Source: Catajapyx aquilonaris (lineage: Eukaryota). Taken from it: a stretch of 64,000 bases of DNA. A program made the position numbers and the translations under genes. The DNA lies in NCBI GenBank assembly GCA_000934665.2, contig KZ538467.1:1-64000 (forward strand), in the 5' to 3' direction. The notes beneath the pieces were generated by a model. The model made no database searches, had not been told where the DNA came from, and saw only the letters and a list, made by a program, of their open reading frames with translations. Below, piece after piece: positions 1 through 13,000 of the stretch. The first letter of the stretch is position 1, and each line of letters starts with the position of its first letter.

Positions 1-190
1 GGGGAAATGTGGGGAGCGATACGAAAGTTGGGTTGATGTATTCGTTGTGGGATATAGCGTGTTGCATTTATAAGGCGTTTTTATAAATGATTCGTTCTTT
101 CTCGAGACTATTTACACACTTAGGGGTCGTTCATAAGGTACATCACGTTGATTTTACTGTTCCGTACACCCATGTCACCCATGCATGAAA

Positions 191-368
191 ACAAAAATTG
201 GTAATTCTTACTGGGTGTCATTTTGTCTTTTAAACTCAAGGTGTAAAATATCCTGGCACGTATACGTCCCTCTGTACACCACCACGGAGGGACGCATACG
301 TGCCAGGATATTTTACACCTTAAGTTTGAAAGACAAAATGACACCCAGTAAGAATTACCAATATTTGT
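191..368. mobile_element. Near-perfect palindromic (foldback) MITE-like element
   Basis: Arms of about 85 bp (acaaaaattggtaattcttactgggtgtcattttgtc... / ...gacaaaatgacacccagtaagaattaccaatatttgt) are reverse complements with few mismatches around a short loop. This explains the mirror-image ORFs 120..386(-) and 185..391(+). Confidence 0.75.
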
Positions 369-479
369 GCCCCCAATTATTGTCATCGTGATATTTCAGT
401 CAGCAGATGTGTCTTTAAAGCTGCGTTTACATGTGAGCGATTTGACGAGCGAAGTCTTCGCCGAGGCTGAGTAACACAA

Positions 480-1000
480 GTAACCAACATTGTTTGAGGA
501 GAAAATCGATTGTTAATTTTAACCTCGGCAAAGATTTCGCTCGTCAACATGTACTTGCAAAAAAGACACAATATTTGCATTTTTATCCTATGATGCTCCT
601 GAAATTCATCCACAATTTTGCATTGGTAATATGCTTAAGGTGTTCAAACAAATTCAGAAGATCTTCCTTTTGGTTAGTGAACTTTCTCTAACCTTGGCCT
701 GCATCACGATCAACATTTCCGGTTGCCTGGTCGCGTTTCAAGCATTTTGACAACAATTACTTTGATTACAAGCAATCCACTTCGCTGCAGAGTTACCACT
801 CACCCTTTCCTTTGACAGAGAAACTATTTCCAGTTGCCTACTTGGTTTTAATTCCTTTTTATTCGGTACCAGAACCAAAACTTGGTGGAAAATGGGGAAT
901 CAGAATTTTTTGAAAAGCACAACCCTTCACATTGTTTAGAATGTGGACGTGCAAATATGATATTTTAAACCACTTGTTTTCATTAGAACCAACCTTTTCC
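480..1000 (-). pseudogene. Possible highly decayed P-element/THAP9-type transposase C-terminal relic
   Basis: Broken minus-strand peptides (TSGLKYHICTSTF; GNSAAKWIACNQSNCC; KVRESSLTK/EDLLNLFEHL; EFQEHHRIKMQIL) occur in an order loosely like P-transposase C-terminal motifs. Many stops and frameshifts; eyeball similarity only. Confidence 0.2.
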
Positions 1001-1142
1001 ATATTCATTTCATACAGTATTTGATGAATAGAAACTCTTGCAGACTATTTTATGTTTATGCCGAAAGGAATACAATACTGTATAATGTTTATTTGTGCAA
1101 TGTTGTGTGGAGGAAGTTCAGCTCAACTAGCATAAATGCATA

Positions 1143-1345
1143 CACTCTTAACCATTTACCTTCTCTAGAGAGGGTAAGAAAGTGGCAATTTTTTACCCTA
1201 CACTCTTTTTACCCTCTATTTTCTAAGGTAATACATGCAAAATTTACCTTAGAATCAATTTACCCCAGAATATTTACCCTGCAATGTAAGGTAAAAAAAG
1301 GGCCACTTTCTTACCCTCTCTAGAGAAGGTAAATGGTTAAGAGTG
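1143..1345. mobile_element. MITE with long TIRs and TA flanks
   Basis: TIR CACTCTTAACCATTTACCTTCTCTAGAGAGGGTAAGAAAGTGGC is mirrored at the right end (...GGTAAATGGTTAAGAGTG). TA lies at 1141-1142 and 1346-1347; internal TTTACCC repeats. Confidence 0.85.
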
Positions 1346-2675
1346 TAGGTCTTCACTCCTCGTAGTTCATAGAATGTTAGACAAGGTAATATGAAAAGTA
1401 GCTATTTTCACCTCTTGGACGACATTGCCAGCCAAACAGCGCCATTTCCTTCCCTTTTTAATTATGTAACAATGCCATGCACTGAGTGTTACACTAAATA
1501 TAAGTGTATTAATTGTGTACTTCCAGGTATTGCATAATTAGGCAGAACACACTGTACTTTAGAGTATATACATTTGAATTCATTTAAAGCTAGAAAATTA
1601 TCACGCTTTATGAATCATATAAGCCTATTATAATGAGTACATGTTTACATACTAGTAGATATTTCCTACACAATGAGTTGAGGTTGTTCATCTAGTTCAC
1701 TTGCATTTAAGTAACACATCCTGAGCTTGTGCGGCTTGTAGCATATATTGATCCACTGCATTGGAAGGTAAATTGTAGCTTTCTGGCCATACTTTGAATA
1801 TTTCCGGAAGTTGTTATTGTAGTTCAGCACTCCTGAACACAATATTGTGTTCTGAAAACGCTGAGGCAGTGCTACACTCTGCTCTATGTTTGAGGTAAAC
1901 GCACCGAATGAATATTTAAATGCTAATCTGGCATACGAAGTAAACACACCTCAAGGTTCCTTCTGCACTAGACTATAGCGAGGCAACACAACAGCTTATA
2001 CAGTCTATAGCATTGTTAAACAACGTTAAATGATCGTTCAAAAAAAACACACACACACACATTAGATCTTTGATCCGCAGCCACTTTCTCGATTCCATGC
2101 AGCATTAATTATTTAGGATTTCCAGAATTTTAATTAAATAATATAGTCTTCATAAACCTACGTCAAAGGGCAGATTGTAAAGGGAAAGTACTATAGTGAG
2201 AGCAAGACTGAGAGGGAGCAGCTTAATACATTTTTAATTACGAAGTTCAGTTTTCCGCAGCTCATGGGGTCTATCTTCTGTCTGCATAGCTTTATAGGCT
2301 TATAGGTTTTTTATGGAGAGTGCGATCAAATCGCTGCGGAATGGAATTTAAAAGCAACAACTTTGTCTATATTCTCTAATGTTCAGAGTTGAGCGAGCTG
2401 ATGGCGAACTTAGAAGGCAGAAAGAGGAGAAAGGGAGGGTGAATGAAGGAAAAGGACAGGGGAAAAGAGTCTTGATTATTCCAAATGATAGAAAGTTGTG
2501 TGGAAAGAGAGAAGGAGGAGGGGGGAGGGGGGGAATAAAAAAGGCCCGCACCCCCCACCCCATCATGTATACGTAATGAGAGACAATTTAGGGGCTCAAT
2601 GGAATCGTTTCCGGCTCCCTTTCTCAGCCAGATAGGCGAATGCACAAAGCACAGAAATGTGACGAATGTGCGGCA

Positions 2676-2930
2676 TGGCGTGGTCGAGGGCTTTAGCGAC
2701 TACACCGCCTGGCCTCTCATCTCTGTGGGGAGGGAGAGAGTCCAGGGATCGATTCCCGGGCTAGACGCCCATGTGGGAATGTTAGTGGGGGGATCTTCCG
2801 CGTATGGCGCTACGGTGGGAAACCAGCCGGTCTCTACAGTAAAAGATAGAATCTGACAATGATCTTCAATGACATTCATCAACTTAATAAGACGTGGTTG
2901 CAAGAATATGGTCCCTGTGCATAGGAGGTG
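2676..2930 (+). mobile_element. Possible degenerate tRNA-derived SINE fragment
   Basis: B-box-like GGGATCGATTCCC near 2745-2757 in a GC-rich stretch. No second copy in the window and no clear tail; boundaries approximate. Confidence 0.25.
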
Positions 2931-3969
2931 GTTGTCACAAGGTACAGTGCACGTAATGAGCGTAATAAAGTAATTCCCTAGCACGCTTAATGAGATGTAA
3001 CAGTGTACTTGGTTCGGGTTACGTTCCAGAAAAGACGTACTGTAGAGCATGTTTTCCCATAAGAAAAGGTGACTGGCAATCATTCATAGCTACGACTTAA
3101 CTATGGACCGTGTCCATCATAACTGAAGAATGTTTCTCAGCAACCAGTTTAAAGGGAAGCTAACCATTGAAAGCAAAAATCCACTTTCCAGAATTATTGT
3201 TGTATTACGTCTCCCTGCCTCTATTATTGGAGTGCAGACTAGAACTTTCAGGTATTTATTGCCTTGTCAGCTGGTTTTTTTTCCACCGAACACAATTTGG
3301 AATGTGATGACGTCCTGCAGTTTTGTCACAATTCTCTACGGCCCAAAGTGTCGTTGTCCCCAAGGTTGCCATACTTGATGAATGGATGAGTTCGGATCTC
3401 CCTTGTTACAAAAGCTGATGACGCACGAGTCCGGTTCAAAATAATCAGCCCTTCAAAATTAGAAGCGAATAGAATTTGTCTATGTTAAACTAAACTTATC
3501 TATAACGGGACTATGCATAATGCGGTGTACATTGTACTTATTGATTACATTTCAATCTATTTAGATGATATACGTTAGCATTGCCCCCATCATCATAACA
3601 TTAGCATTAATTCGTAAGCAGCAGACAACTTCATGCGTAACAGAGTAGATCATCGATAAGCCTATTTCGAAATGTACAGTGCAAATTTTGGATTTGCCTC
3701 CACGTGATATCGGTCTACAATACAGTATGCTCATTCAACCTAAAGAATTTCCAGTAATTATTTCCGAGCGCAGTTTAAGAGATCATCAATATCAGCTATT
3801 GGATAAATTCCCTCCATTTAAAATGTTTCTAAAAAAGACCTACATTACGAGGCAATGTTCATCCGTTTTTTTTTGGGGGGGGGGGGGTCGAATAATAAAT
3901 GACATTCTACTACTGGCGATTAAATGAAGATGAAGGGGTATTTGGAGGGGTGTAGACCTATCTCTTGTG

Positions 3970-4665
3970 GGTGATTGCGTCAATAAGGCGGAGAAATGGT
4001 TCCCCATGGCATTTTTTCGGATGAATAGTTCGTGTAGGACCCATTTCAAACAGGGGGCATGCAATGGCTGGAGCCTGGGAGCGACCGGATTGATTCCGAA
4101 CCATCAGCACCAAATAGTGATCGCAATTAAGCCTCAAACTAATGACCCTTCCACCTCCGCCGCCAATCAATTTTATCCTGAAAATACTAACTGTAAATCA
4201 ACATAACCGCGCCCTGTTGCGGAGAAAGATAAGTCACTCCTTGGGGGCGACCAGGACATTTGTTACCTTCTTTACCCGCATTGCAGAACCAATTGCAATT
4301 GACACCAAGATGCAGTGTTTGCACCAGTTTTCATCATGTCAGGTTGAAGTAAAAGCAGGGGTCGTTGTAGCATGTAATTCAACGCACCTTGCTAGAATTG
4401 AGTCCCCCAGGTCGTCAGGTGTTAACGGCATTTCCCAGCTTGCGCTCAGCTTGTGATACAACTATATACAGGGCGAAGGTAAGGTGTTGCAGGAAACCGG
4501 TTGGCAATGATGGCTGCTGGCACGGCTCTGCATAGGCTTTCCGGATAAAACGATGCAACACGCCCCTCGGAAGTGGGTATGCCAACATGGTGTACAGTAC
4601 AGGGTGGATGTGCCCGAAGAATATTCACGGCTATCTACTTCCCCTGTTTACCTTGGACTCACAAA
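3970..4665 (+). mobile_element. Decayed non-LTR retrotransposon (CR1/L2-like) reverse transcriptase relic
   Basis: Ordered remnants of RT motifs: FFRMNSSCRTHF (cf. GFRxxRSCxTQL), GAGTCCCCCAGG at about 4400 (GVPQG), DTTIYR at 4455-4472 (cf. ADDTxIYR). Multiple frameshifts. Confidence 0.55.
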
Positions 4666-4689
4666 GAAACCCGTTTGGGGGGGGGGGGG

Positions 4690-4987
4690 NNNNNNNNNNN
4701 NNNNNNNNNNNNNNNNNNNNNNNNNNNNNNNNNNNNNNNNNNNNNNNNNNNNNNNNNNNNNNNNNNNNNNNNNNNNNNNNNNNNNNNNNNNNNNNNNNNN
4801 NNNNNNNNNNNNNNNNNNNNNNNNNNNNNNNNNNNNNNNNNNNNNNNNNNNNNNNNNNNNNNNNNNNNNNNNNNNNNNNNNNNNNNNNNNNNNNNNNNNN
4901 NNNNNNNNNNNNNNNNNNNNNNNNNNNNNNNNNNNNNNNNNNNNNNNNNNNNNNNNNNNNNNNNNNNNNNNNNNNNNNNNNNNNNNN
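4690..4987. other. Assembly gap (N run) between poly-G and poly-C tracts
   Basis: 298 N. Smaller gaps lie at about 55362-55375 and 56384-56398, and single Ns mostly sit in or next to G/C homopolymers. Confidence 0.99.
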
Positions 4988-6189
4988 CCCCCCCCCCCAC
5001 CCACCCAGAAACTTATCCTGAGATTGATGGCGACGGTGTATAGTCGAGCTACTGTAACAAACCTGTATATTAAGTGGGTAACTACTTTCTCGCAGGTACT
5101 GTGCCTATTTAAACATCCAATCAGACTTACGAGTTTGTAGTGTACGACTTCGGGAGACTTTCGCAAAAGTTTTCATCCTGCAGTAACTTAGTGGGCAAAA
5201 TCTGAGGTGAGTTTTTAGTGCCCGAAACTTTGCGAGGGTATGGTGAGATATGAATATAACATTTGATCATAATCGAATTATGTTATTGCAAAGTAGCCTA
5301 CTCTAATAATAATGGTAATTGTGCGGGAGAGGCATAAAGGAAATTGCACATTACGGAGACTCTCTTTTATTAACATGAAAATACAATGTGCTATTTTCCT
5401 TTTTGCATTTATGCACTCACTCAATGATTGAACATAAAAAATTGGGTTCTGCCACATTCATTCATACTGTGTTTCATCGCAATGTGACAGTGACCTGTTA
5501 CTAAGTTATGACAAAAAGTAACCTGCTTGTAATGCCTGGCAGGATGGCGGGGGAAAAGGCGAACGAATATGCAGGAACTTTTTATTCTTCTAGTAAATGC
5601 GTGTTGGCATACTCACAAGCTTGCGAGAAATGCCTTCTCGTCATATATTTTGGTAGCGAGTTGCTATTCACTCACTACGAGTTACGAGTCTAGCGAATCG
5701 CTACCAAAGAGTTAGCGAGATACCGTTTCTCGCGAGTTTGTGAAATCCCTGCATACAACTAGGCTACTGTGTCGGAGTATTCTTTTTTACATTTTTACTA
5801 TTATTTTAGAAACAATATATTTATGGACACACCACACATTTAAATCTACGCAACTCAATCCACATTATACCCCACGTGCGCACAAGATGTCACAGACACT
5901 ATTTATCACATGCAAATTTACGTTACACTTTAGGGCCGACCCTTTCAATACGTCCGCCGCTCGAATCAGATAAACTTGTTGTTTCCATGCAAAAGGAGTG
6001 TACAGTACTTCCTGATACAGCAACCTCACCGTATAATAACCCTCGTCATGAATAGTGCAGATTGAAATGTGGCCAACGTTGCAGGTGTGGTCGAAAGAAC
6101 AATGTCCTTGATAGGGGTTGGCCCCAAAGACTGTGCAACATCCCAGACAGTAGCTGAGTGAGTCGCAATCAGGGAGAAGAAAAGTAATC

Positions 6190-6700
6190 ATGTGAGATGA
6201 GCGCGTGGCCACGTGAGACGGCGCAAAATGGCTGGATGGGTCTCACGTGCAGTAAATTGGGCCGGAAGATCCTCCAAACGTGAAACAGTACTGTAGGCTT
6301 TTGGAATCGTCGGGAGAAGGCAGTAAAATCGGGGCGGAATGGGCCACGGAGAACCATTTCCTGATAATCCCAGTCGAGGAAACTCAAGGAAATGCAAGCG
6401 GGGCAATTTCCCATCTAAAATCCTCCCATCCACTCACTCACTTGTATACGGTATAGCTTTGCTGAGGGTACTACCTTACCCATCCCTTTCCCCCCCCCCC
6501 CCCTTCCCTTATATTACGCAAAGTAACCAACGCCCATTCCCAGGCTTCCATGTAGGAATCCCCTGTTGTACCGCAGTTTGTTTGCACAGCACCAGAGGTC
6601 CTTATCGCCTGCTTCGGCAAGGAAAATAGCCCACAAACCGATTGCACCCTCGTGTAAAAACCGATTAGATAACGCAAGACCTGTACTCCATTCTTGTCTA
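6190..6700 (-). mobile_element. Decayed LINE reverse transcriptase relic
   Basis: Minus-strand remnants AWEWALVTL (cf. W..A.IVPI.KKG) followed by FTAFSRRFQK/KAYSTVSR (cf. F.DFxKAYD.V.R); frameshifted. Confidence 0.4.
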
Positions 6701-6792
6701 TGACATATTCCTCACCTTTTTTGGGGGGAGTTATCTTAGCCAACCTGATTAATGTACAATTTTATAATCAAAATATGATATTTATGATTGAA

Positions 6793-7121
6793 CTAGCTGC
6801 GGCACCCGGCGTTGCCCGGGAAGAAATTAATGAAGGGAAAACACCTGCCAGCCAGTACCCCCGTCAACTGTCTGTCTTTCTGTGTGTCCGCCCACCAATG
6901 CCATCTGTGGTCCTGCTACTCCAACACCTTCAACCTCTCCCGCCTGTATAACGGCAACCGTCATTTGCCTGCCATCTGTAGTCAACCCCCAACACCTCCA
7001 TCCTCTCCCGGCCTGGGGGTGGAGCACAGATGGCAGGCAAATGACGGTTGGTAGGCGGACAGACAGACAGAGAGGCAGACAGAGAGACATACAGACTCAC
7101 AAACGGCTTTATTTATATAGA
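6793..7121 (-). mobile_element. Non-autonomous Helitron (329 bp)
   Basis: On the minus strand it starts A|TCTATATAAATAAAG, has a (CTGT)n/(CT) tract, and ends with the hairpin CCCGGGCAACGCCGGG followed by CTAG|T. These are canonical Helitron TC...CTAG ends in an AT target. Internal 25-bp inverted repeat near 6956-6980/7026-7050. Confidence 0.8.
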
Positions 7122-7157
7122 TAAAGGTGCCTTTCCACTTGGATACATACATTTGTA

Positions 7158-7460
7158 ATTTATTTATTTTTTGCTACCCCGTGCTGGAGCCATTGGCCCC
7201 TGAGGGGGGTGGAATACCACCATTTTTCCTTACGAATTTTCTTTCGCATTTTTCTCTCCGGTGCAGGGATAATGATAGGGATTTGTGAGGAGGGGACACT
7301 GGTGCAAGTGGGGGTGTTGGGGGTCGTGTGCAGTCCCCCAGGGGGTCAGGTTGCAAGACAATCTCCTAGATGCGGGTTAGAACTCCCCCACCGACACCGC
7401 ACCTCCCCATGGATGGGTCAAGGATAGGAAAGGAAGGGGCGGTTGCGGCTGCGGCCTATT
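7158..7460 (-). mobile_element. SINE family copy, long-tail form, head missing
   Basis: Shares ccccgtgct.gagcc.ttggc...gggggtgga.taccaccatt tail and aaggaagg..gcggctg.ggcctatt body with the copies at 7461-7719, 28869-29143 and 58552-58985. Confidence 0.7.
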
Positions 7461-7719
7461 ATTATTTATTATTTCATACCCCGTGCTAGAGCCTTTGGCT
7501 CCTTTGGGGGGTGGATTACCACCATTGGATGGGACCAGGGATAGGGAAGGAAGGAAGCGGCTGTGGCCTATTGTTTACGGAAGCGACCCCGAAATTTTCC
7601 TGGGAGGACCGTGAGAAACCACAGAAATCTACGGTCAGGATCGCCTACCCCGGGACTCGAACCCAGGACCTCCCGATTAGCAATCGAACACCTTATCCAC
7701 TCAACCAATCTGCTTCGGT
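7461..7719 (-). mobile_element. tRNA-derived SINE, short form
   Basis: Minus strand begins ACCGAAGCAGATTGGTTGAGTGG (A box) ... GGTTCGAGTCC (B box) and ends in an AAAT-type tail. Alignable end to end with 28869-29143. Confidence 0.85.
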
Positions 7720-7732
7720 TATACATTTGTAG

Positions 7733-7790
7733 TTTAGGTTGCATCAGGCAAGGATGAATCGGTTAGAACCCTTGCATGATGCAACCTAAA
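7733..7790. repeat. Short inverted repeat/hairpin
   Basis: tttaggttgcatca.gcaagg ... ccttgc.tgatgcaacctaaa. Confidence 0.7.
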
Positions 7791-9881
7791 TTATTCGTAC
7801 AAAATGTATGTCACCAGAGATTTTTTTTTTTCTATCTCAAAAAATATATATATATCCGAGCCCGAGCGTTTATTGGCTCAAGTTGAAAAATGGCTGCACT
7901 TTGTAACTAGCTATAAATTATTCGGTAGAAGCCCGCTAAGTGCCATGGTGCAACGTATTCACTCTTTTGCGATAATGTCGCACTCTTGTTATTAACAATA
8001 CAATATCCTACTGCAATTTTATGTTGTTGTTGTTGCTGTTGTTTTTTCTCTTCTTCTTCTTCCTTTCTATCGTTTACACTGTTCCAACTTCCATTTCCTC
8101 TTTTAGCTTTCCACGCACCTGGTTCAATATTCTAATCTGAAATCTCCTATGACGTTATTGATATACCGGAAAATCAGCCCTTTTCATGTCCGGAGTACAG
8201 GCTGATTCAAAAAAAATATTGTGAGGGACGGTAGGGTAGTTTACTTCGTGATTAAGAGATTGGAATCGTTGCCAATCGGGCCCGAAAATTTCTAGAGTGC
8301 TTGCCCCGTATAAATAGGCTAACACGAACTGCTGCTTTTATTATCTCAGGGTAAACATAATATTCGTGATATTGCACAGTTTTCAGGAACTTTGCGTTAC
8401 CTAGCAGGCTCGACAAATGGGAGCGTATCTAGGAAATCAGCAAAAATGAAGGTGGAAAGTTGCAAAAAAAAAAATGTTGCAAGGTGAACCTGAATGAAGT
8501 AGTGTGACGTCAGATGGTATTCTTTCAGTTTGTAATCTCTCCTTCAGATGACTCCTTGCTGTCTCCTGGGTTCCCGTTTATCTCTGACCTTTAACATGCC
8601 GATTAAGATTAGTCATTAGTCATGTATACGCCCCGGCGATAATATTCCGCGCTAAAATCCTTTACGACTTGCAAACAATGGCTACATTTTATTTTGCAAG
8701 ACGAAGCCAATAAAAACTGACGCTACTTTGCCGATTTACTTTTCCAATATTGATCCTTAGTGAAGGCATGTGCGTGAAAATAATTGCATGTGAAAGTCTG
8801 ACACATGCTGGCTTTCCTCTTTCGCACCGGCTCGCTACCACCTTTATTAAAGGGACAATATCAATATGGGGGGAACGGTGTGGGAAAGAGGTTAAACTAA
8901 TATCAAACATGAACATTGTTCGCTTGCACTTTTGCGACGCTTCCACTAGAGGTCATGCAGGTCACCTTGACACCATCGAGTAGATTCATACTTTCAGTAC
9001 TTTTTTATATATATAATTATTCTGGTTTTTGTTAACAATTGTGTATCCTTCTGTCAATAGTAGGCAAAACCTTTCCTCCCTAAAACTCCAATGAAGCCTG
9101 TGGATGCCGGAAACTTGAACCGGTTCTTGCTTTCGTTTTGACAGCGTTGAATCAGAGGACGTGACCTGCATCCACAAGGACTCTCTCGCTTGGTGAATGC
9201 TTTTTGATGCAACTGTATGACTGTCACCGATCCTTACAAACCAGCGACAATTGTCCCTGCACGTCTTTGAAGCACTGAAGGACTGTATTTAAGTCCCTTG
9301 ATACCTTCACTAGCGCTAGATTTAGTACAACCGGCTTTTAGTTCTAATATGTGAAATTGCACTTATGTGTAATTGAGCACAAAATATTTAACCTACAGAA
9401 GGTGAATTTTTGTTTCATTTTATTATTCATAAAATCAACTTTTACTACAAGATGGTGACATTTTCTTGGTATGTCATCATTTTAAAGCCTCCATTATAGT
9501 CAAGTACTATTGTAATATACAAAGTTGGTAACAAGGTATTACAGACAATGCCGTACTTCTGTAGCGTTTACGAGTAAGATTTCAACAGCCTTTTATCTCA
9601 CGCCAAGAGCCTATTCAGAACGGACTGCATACTGTACAAGTTAACCCAAAACTAATCCCTCACATGATGCATGGTAGGCCTTTCCAAACTTTGGGAAGCA
9701 CAGCATACCTCTGTCCAAAAGTTTGTTTAACACACGGAAGAGCGTGCGGGTTTTCCCATACGCATTTTGAAGCAGGCGGTATTAAAACGGGTATTATCGT
9801 AGTACATTGTACACGTACCTTTGCGCTGAATAAGCAAAGCACATTGGTATAATAATAGAAACTATTTAGCAAGTACTATAC

Positions 9882-10014
9882 GGGGCTCATATTCCTTTGG
9901 CCACGTTATCCTGGTCTTGAAGCAACCCTTTACACAAACACACTTCGTCATGTGGGGCCTGTGTGAAGGGTTGCTTCAAGACTAGGATAAAGTGGCCAAA
10001 GGAATTTGAGCCCC
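9882..10014. mobile_element. Palindromic MITE
   Basis: ggggctcatattcctttggccacgttatcctggtcttgaagcaaccctttacaca is mirrored by tgtgtgaagggttgcttcaagactaggataaagtggccaaaggaatttgagcccc. Confidence 0.8.
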
Positions 10015-13000
10015 ATAGTACATCTTTAGGCAATATGTGTGATAGCAGTGCACTTAATATTTACCCATGGAATCGTGCATATATTTGAAATAAATAATTG
10101 AGCTGCCGAGTACAGTGCGAACGGTATATTCGTCGTGTAATCATCTTGACAGCGAAATATGGATAAGCACTATCAGAGCTTCCCAGGCACACTTTGCCAA
10201 GCCGTGACGTGACGTGACTTGATATCTGTGATGCAAGTGATTGTAATTATGTGATGTGTAACTGTCCCTGTTGCACGATGCTAAAGTCCACACATACTGA
10301 AGGTTGCAGGAGAGGTTATTCAAATGTCCGATAAGGCACTTTCCTTCAAAGTTAAGAAAAGTGTATAATTAACTGACTCTACCTGCAGTGTTGCCAATAT
10401 TCGCATTATTTTCTCTGCTAGCTCCAAGGTTGAGAAGGTGCTGAGTGTGTGTGTTATTATAAGTGGCAGTGTAGCAGGAAATGTAATATCGAGTCACCTG
10501 TCATCAGGCGTATAATGTGTTCATCATAAGTGATAGGCCAAGCACATATGGACAACATGCTCAGGGTTGCTTGCATGAACTACTGTAGCTATGGACGTAA
10601 ATGCATTGTCAACGCTTAATCTCTGGAATGATAATTATGTATGTTGGCATGGTCATTTTTATATCACAATTCAAGTTCATACCATTACTAAAACCAAGCC
10701 ATACAAACGTGCCCTTGATGTTATCAAAACCCTAGCCCTGGTCTATGCAATTTGCATGCTCATAAATTTAGCAAACCTCTCCAAAGTGTTACAATACACT
10801 GTAATATTTTAATGTAACGCAGCAGTATACGAATGGCTAGAATGTACAGTCCACTGTTCCCCGTCGCTGATATTATGAAGTACTTTGCCGCATTTTTGAG
10901 AATTCCAGCAGTTGCACTTTGGAATTCCGCATAATTATTCAAATGAAGGCTGTCCGAAAATATGTGATCTATAGTTTTTATGCAGATTAGTGATGTAATG
11001 ACCCATGCAGTCCAAATGGCGTGTGCGCGTGCATGCGAGTTATAGCGATTATTATTGCAGCACTGATGTGGACTGACCTTTACTGCATATCACATTATAA
11101 ATAATGTCACATGCAAACCCAACAAACTAAAAACACAATGCTTAGATTGTAACATACCTGTCTTGGTTTATATAGGCAGACGATACCTGTCCTTGACACT
11201 GCAGAAAGTTCACTTCGGCCACATCAAACGTATGCAAATGCGAAATAAATAAATAAGAATGATAATGACCTAAATAATTAATGACGTCCAGACCCGACCA
11301 TTGCCCTTTCCTCATCCATATAATTATGCATGTACCTGTCGAACAATTTGTACAAGTTAGAATCACAATGCAAGAGAGTCTAGGGATGATGAAGAAAGAT
11401 CCCCCTCTATGCAAATTGAATGCCCATTTGTATTCTGGAAACGTATGACGCAACACTAGATCCCGGATTGCAACATGAAGAATTGATGGGTCACCACTGA
11501 GCATGCACTACACATGCAATGCGTGCTTGTATTCTATGCAACATGACATGTATGGCTACTGTTGCATGTGCAGCTTGGGAAAGTAGACTTGCAGTTGATG
11601 CAGCCCACAGTGCACATTCTCCACTGTCATTCGGCTATTTCAAACAATCGTTGCACCTGTAATTTAGACCAGCAGAACCTATTCATTACGGACGTAATTG
11701 CTATATTACAGTCTTTCAATTGACTCTAACAATATATTTCAAATAGGCAGGTAGGTAGGTGACGAACATGTACAGTGGTATAAGCACATGTGCGGTGAAT
11801 TCAAGGAAGCCTATTGTCACAACAGAGTCTTTGCGGTCTACCGCATCTGCATTTAGGGTAGCTCAGACATGCGGCATCTAAAACCAGTGTGCATACCAAG
11901 GCAGTCACTGGAAGTTAATTATGCTTAGACGCTTGTGTAGTACCTTATTTAACTGTAAGCCCCATTCCTCCTGCCACTTCTCGCATGTCATGCAGCTCTC
12001 ACCTGGCCATTGTATTTTCATGTTGCAGTAACTCGCAATCACTGCATACAGCACAAGGTGCATTAAATTGAAAAGTAACAACTTGAACTGTAAGCATTTT
12101 TAGATGCTGATAAAAACAAGCTGCGTGTTCCACATAATAGCCACTGTATACAGTAAGACCAGAGGGTTATCTTGTAACGTTTGACTCGACCACAAAAATT
12201 ATACAGCGACCAATAAATTCTACTACGATGATACTGTATTGTGCAGTATGAAGTACTTAATGTACTCTCCGTGCATTATCACCACCTCGCATACAGTAAC
12301 ATGATTTATTTATTTTTGAAACGTGATGTCGCAACCTTGCACACCATGATTAGCTGACCAGGTAAGTTCACCTCCAGGAATTGCAACAGTTGCTACTTTT
12401 TGCACTTCTCTGCAGGCACTCTATGGAGTGAGTATAGAGTGCAAACTTAATAAATGAGGCGTCAATTTAAGTGACAAAGTGATCCACAGCGCCTATATCT
12501 TACACCGAGTCGAGTACAGCCCCTACATCTTCCAGGCCATGCAGCAAAACCCAATCTTCTCCCTCCCCCCTTCCCCCTACTCCTCCCTTCCCTCCCCGAT
12601 AGTATATATACCCCCTTCCATTGAAACGGGCCTTTATCTCCCCACTTTTTCCTTAGGAAACAGCAATTTATTCTTCATTTGGTATTGCCTGGTAGCCCAT
12701 TCAGCCCAGCCACCCAACGCAAGTGCTGAAGTATTTACGAGTCCCTAGCGTACCGTTCTTCCATATTCCCATTCTAATTATGTATTCCATATGCTGCTGG
12801 GGGGGGTAAAGTCTTTTCCCTAGCCGCTGAAAGATGATAGAGAAAGGATCTGGCCATACATGCAAGCACTGGTATGCACCTCTAAAACTATTTTCCTGGA
12901 CTCAGGGACACCTCTTATTGTCCAGTTGCGCCTAGCATGGCTCTGGGGCTCGGAAGTTATGAGGACACAGCACTGAGGTTGAAATGAAGTGTACTTTGCA

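Noticed and set aside
4553..5166. Long ORFs containing X runs
   Set aside because: They are open only because they cross the 298-N gap.
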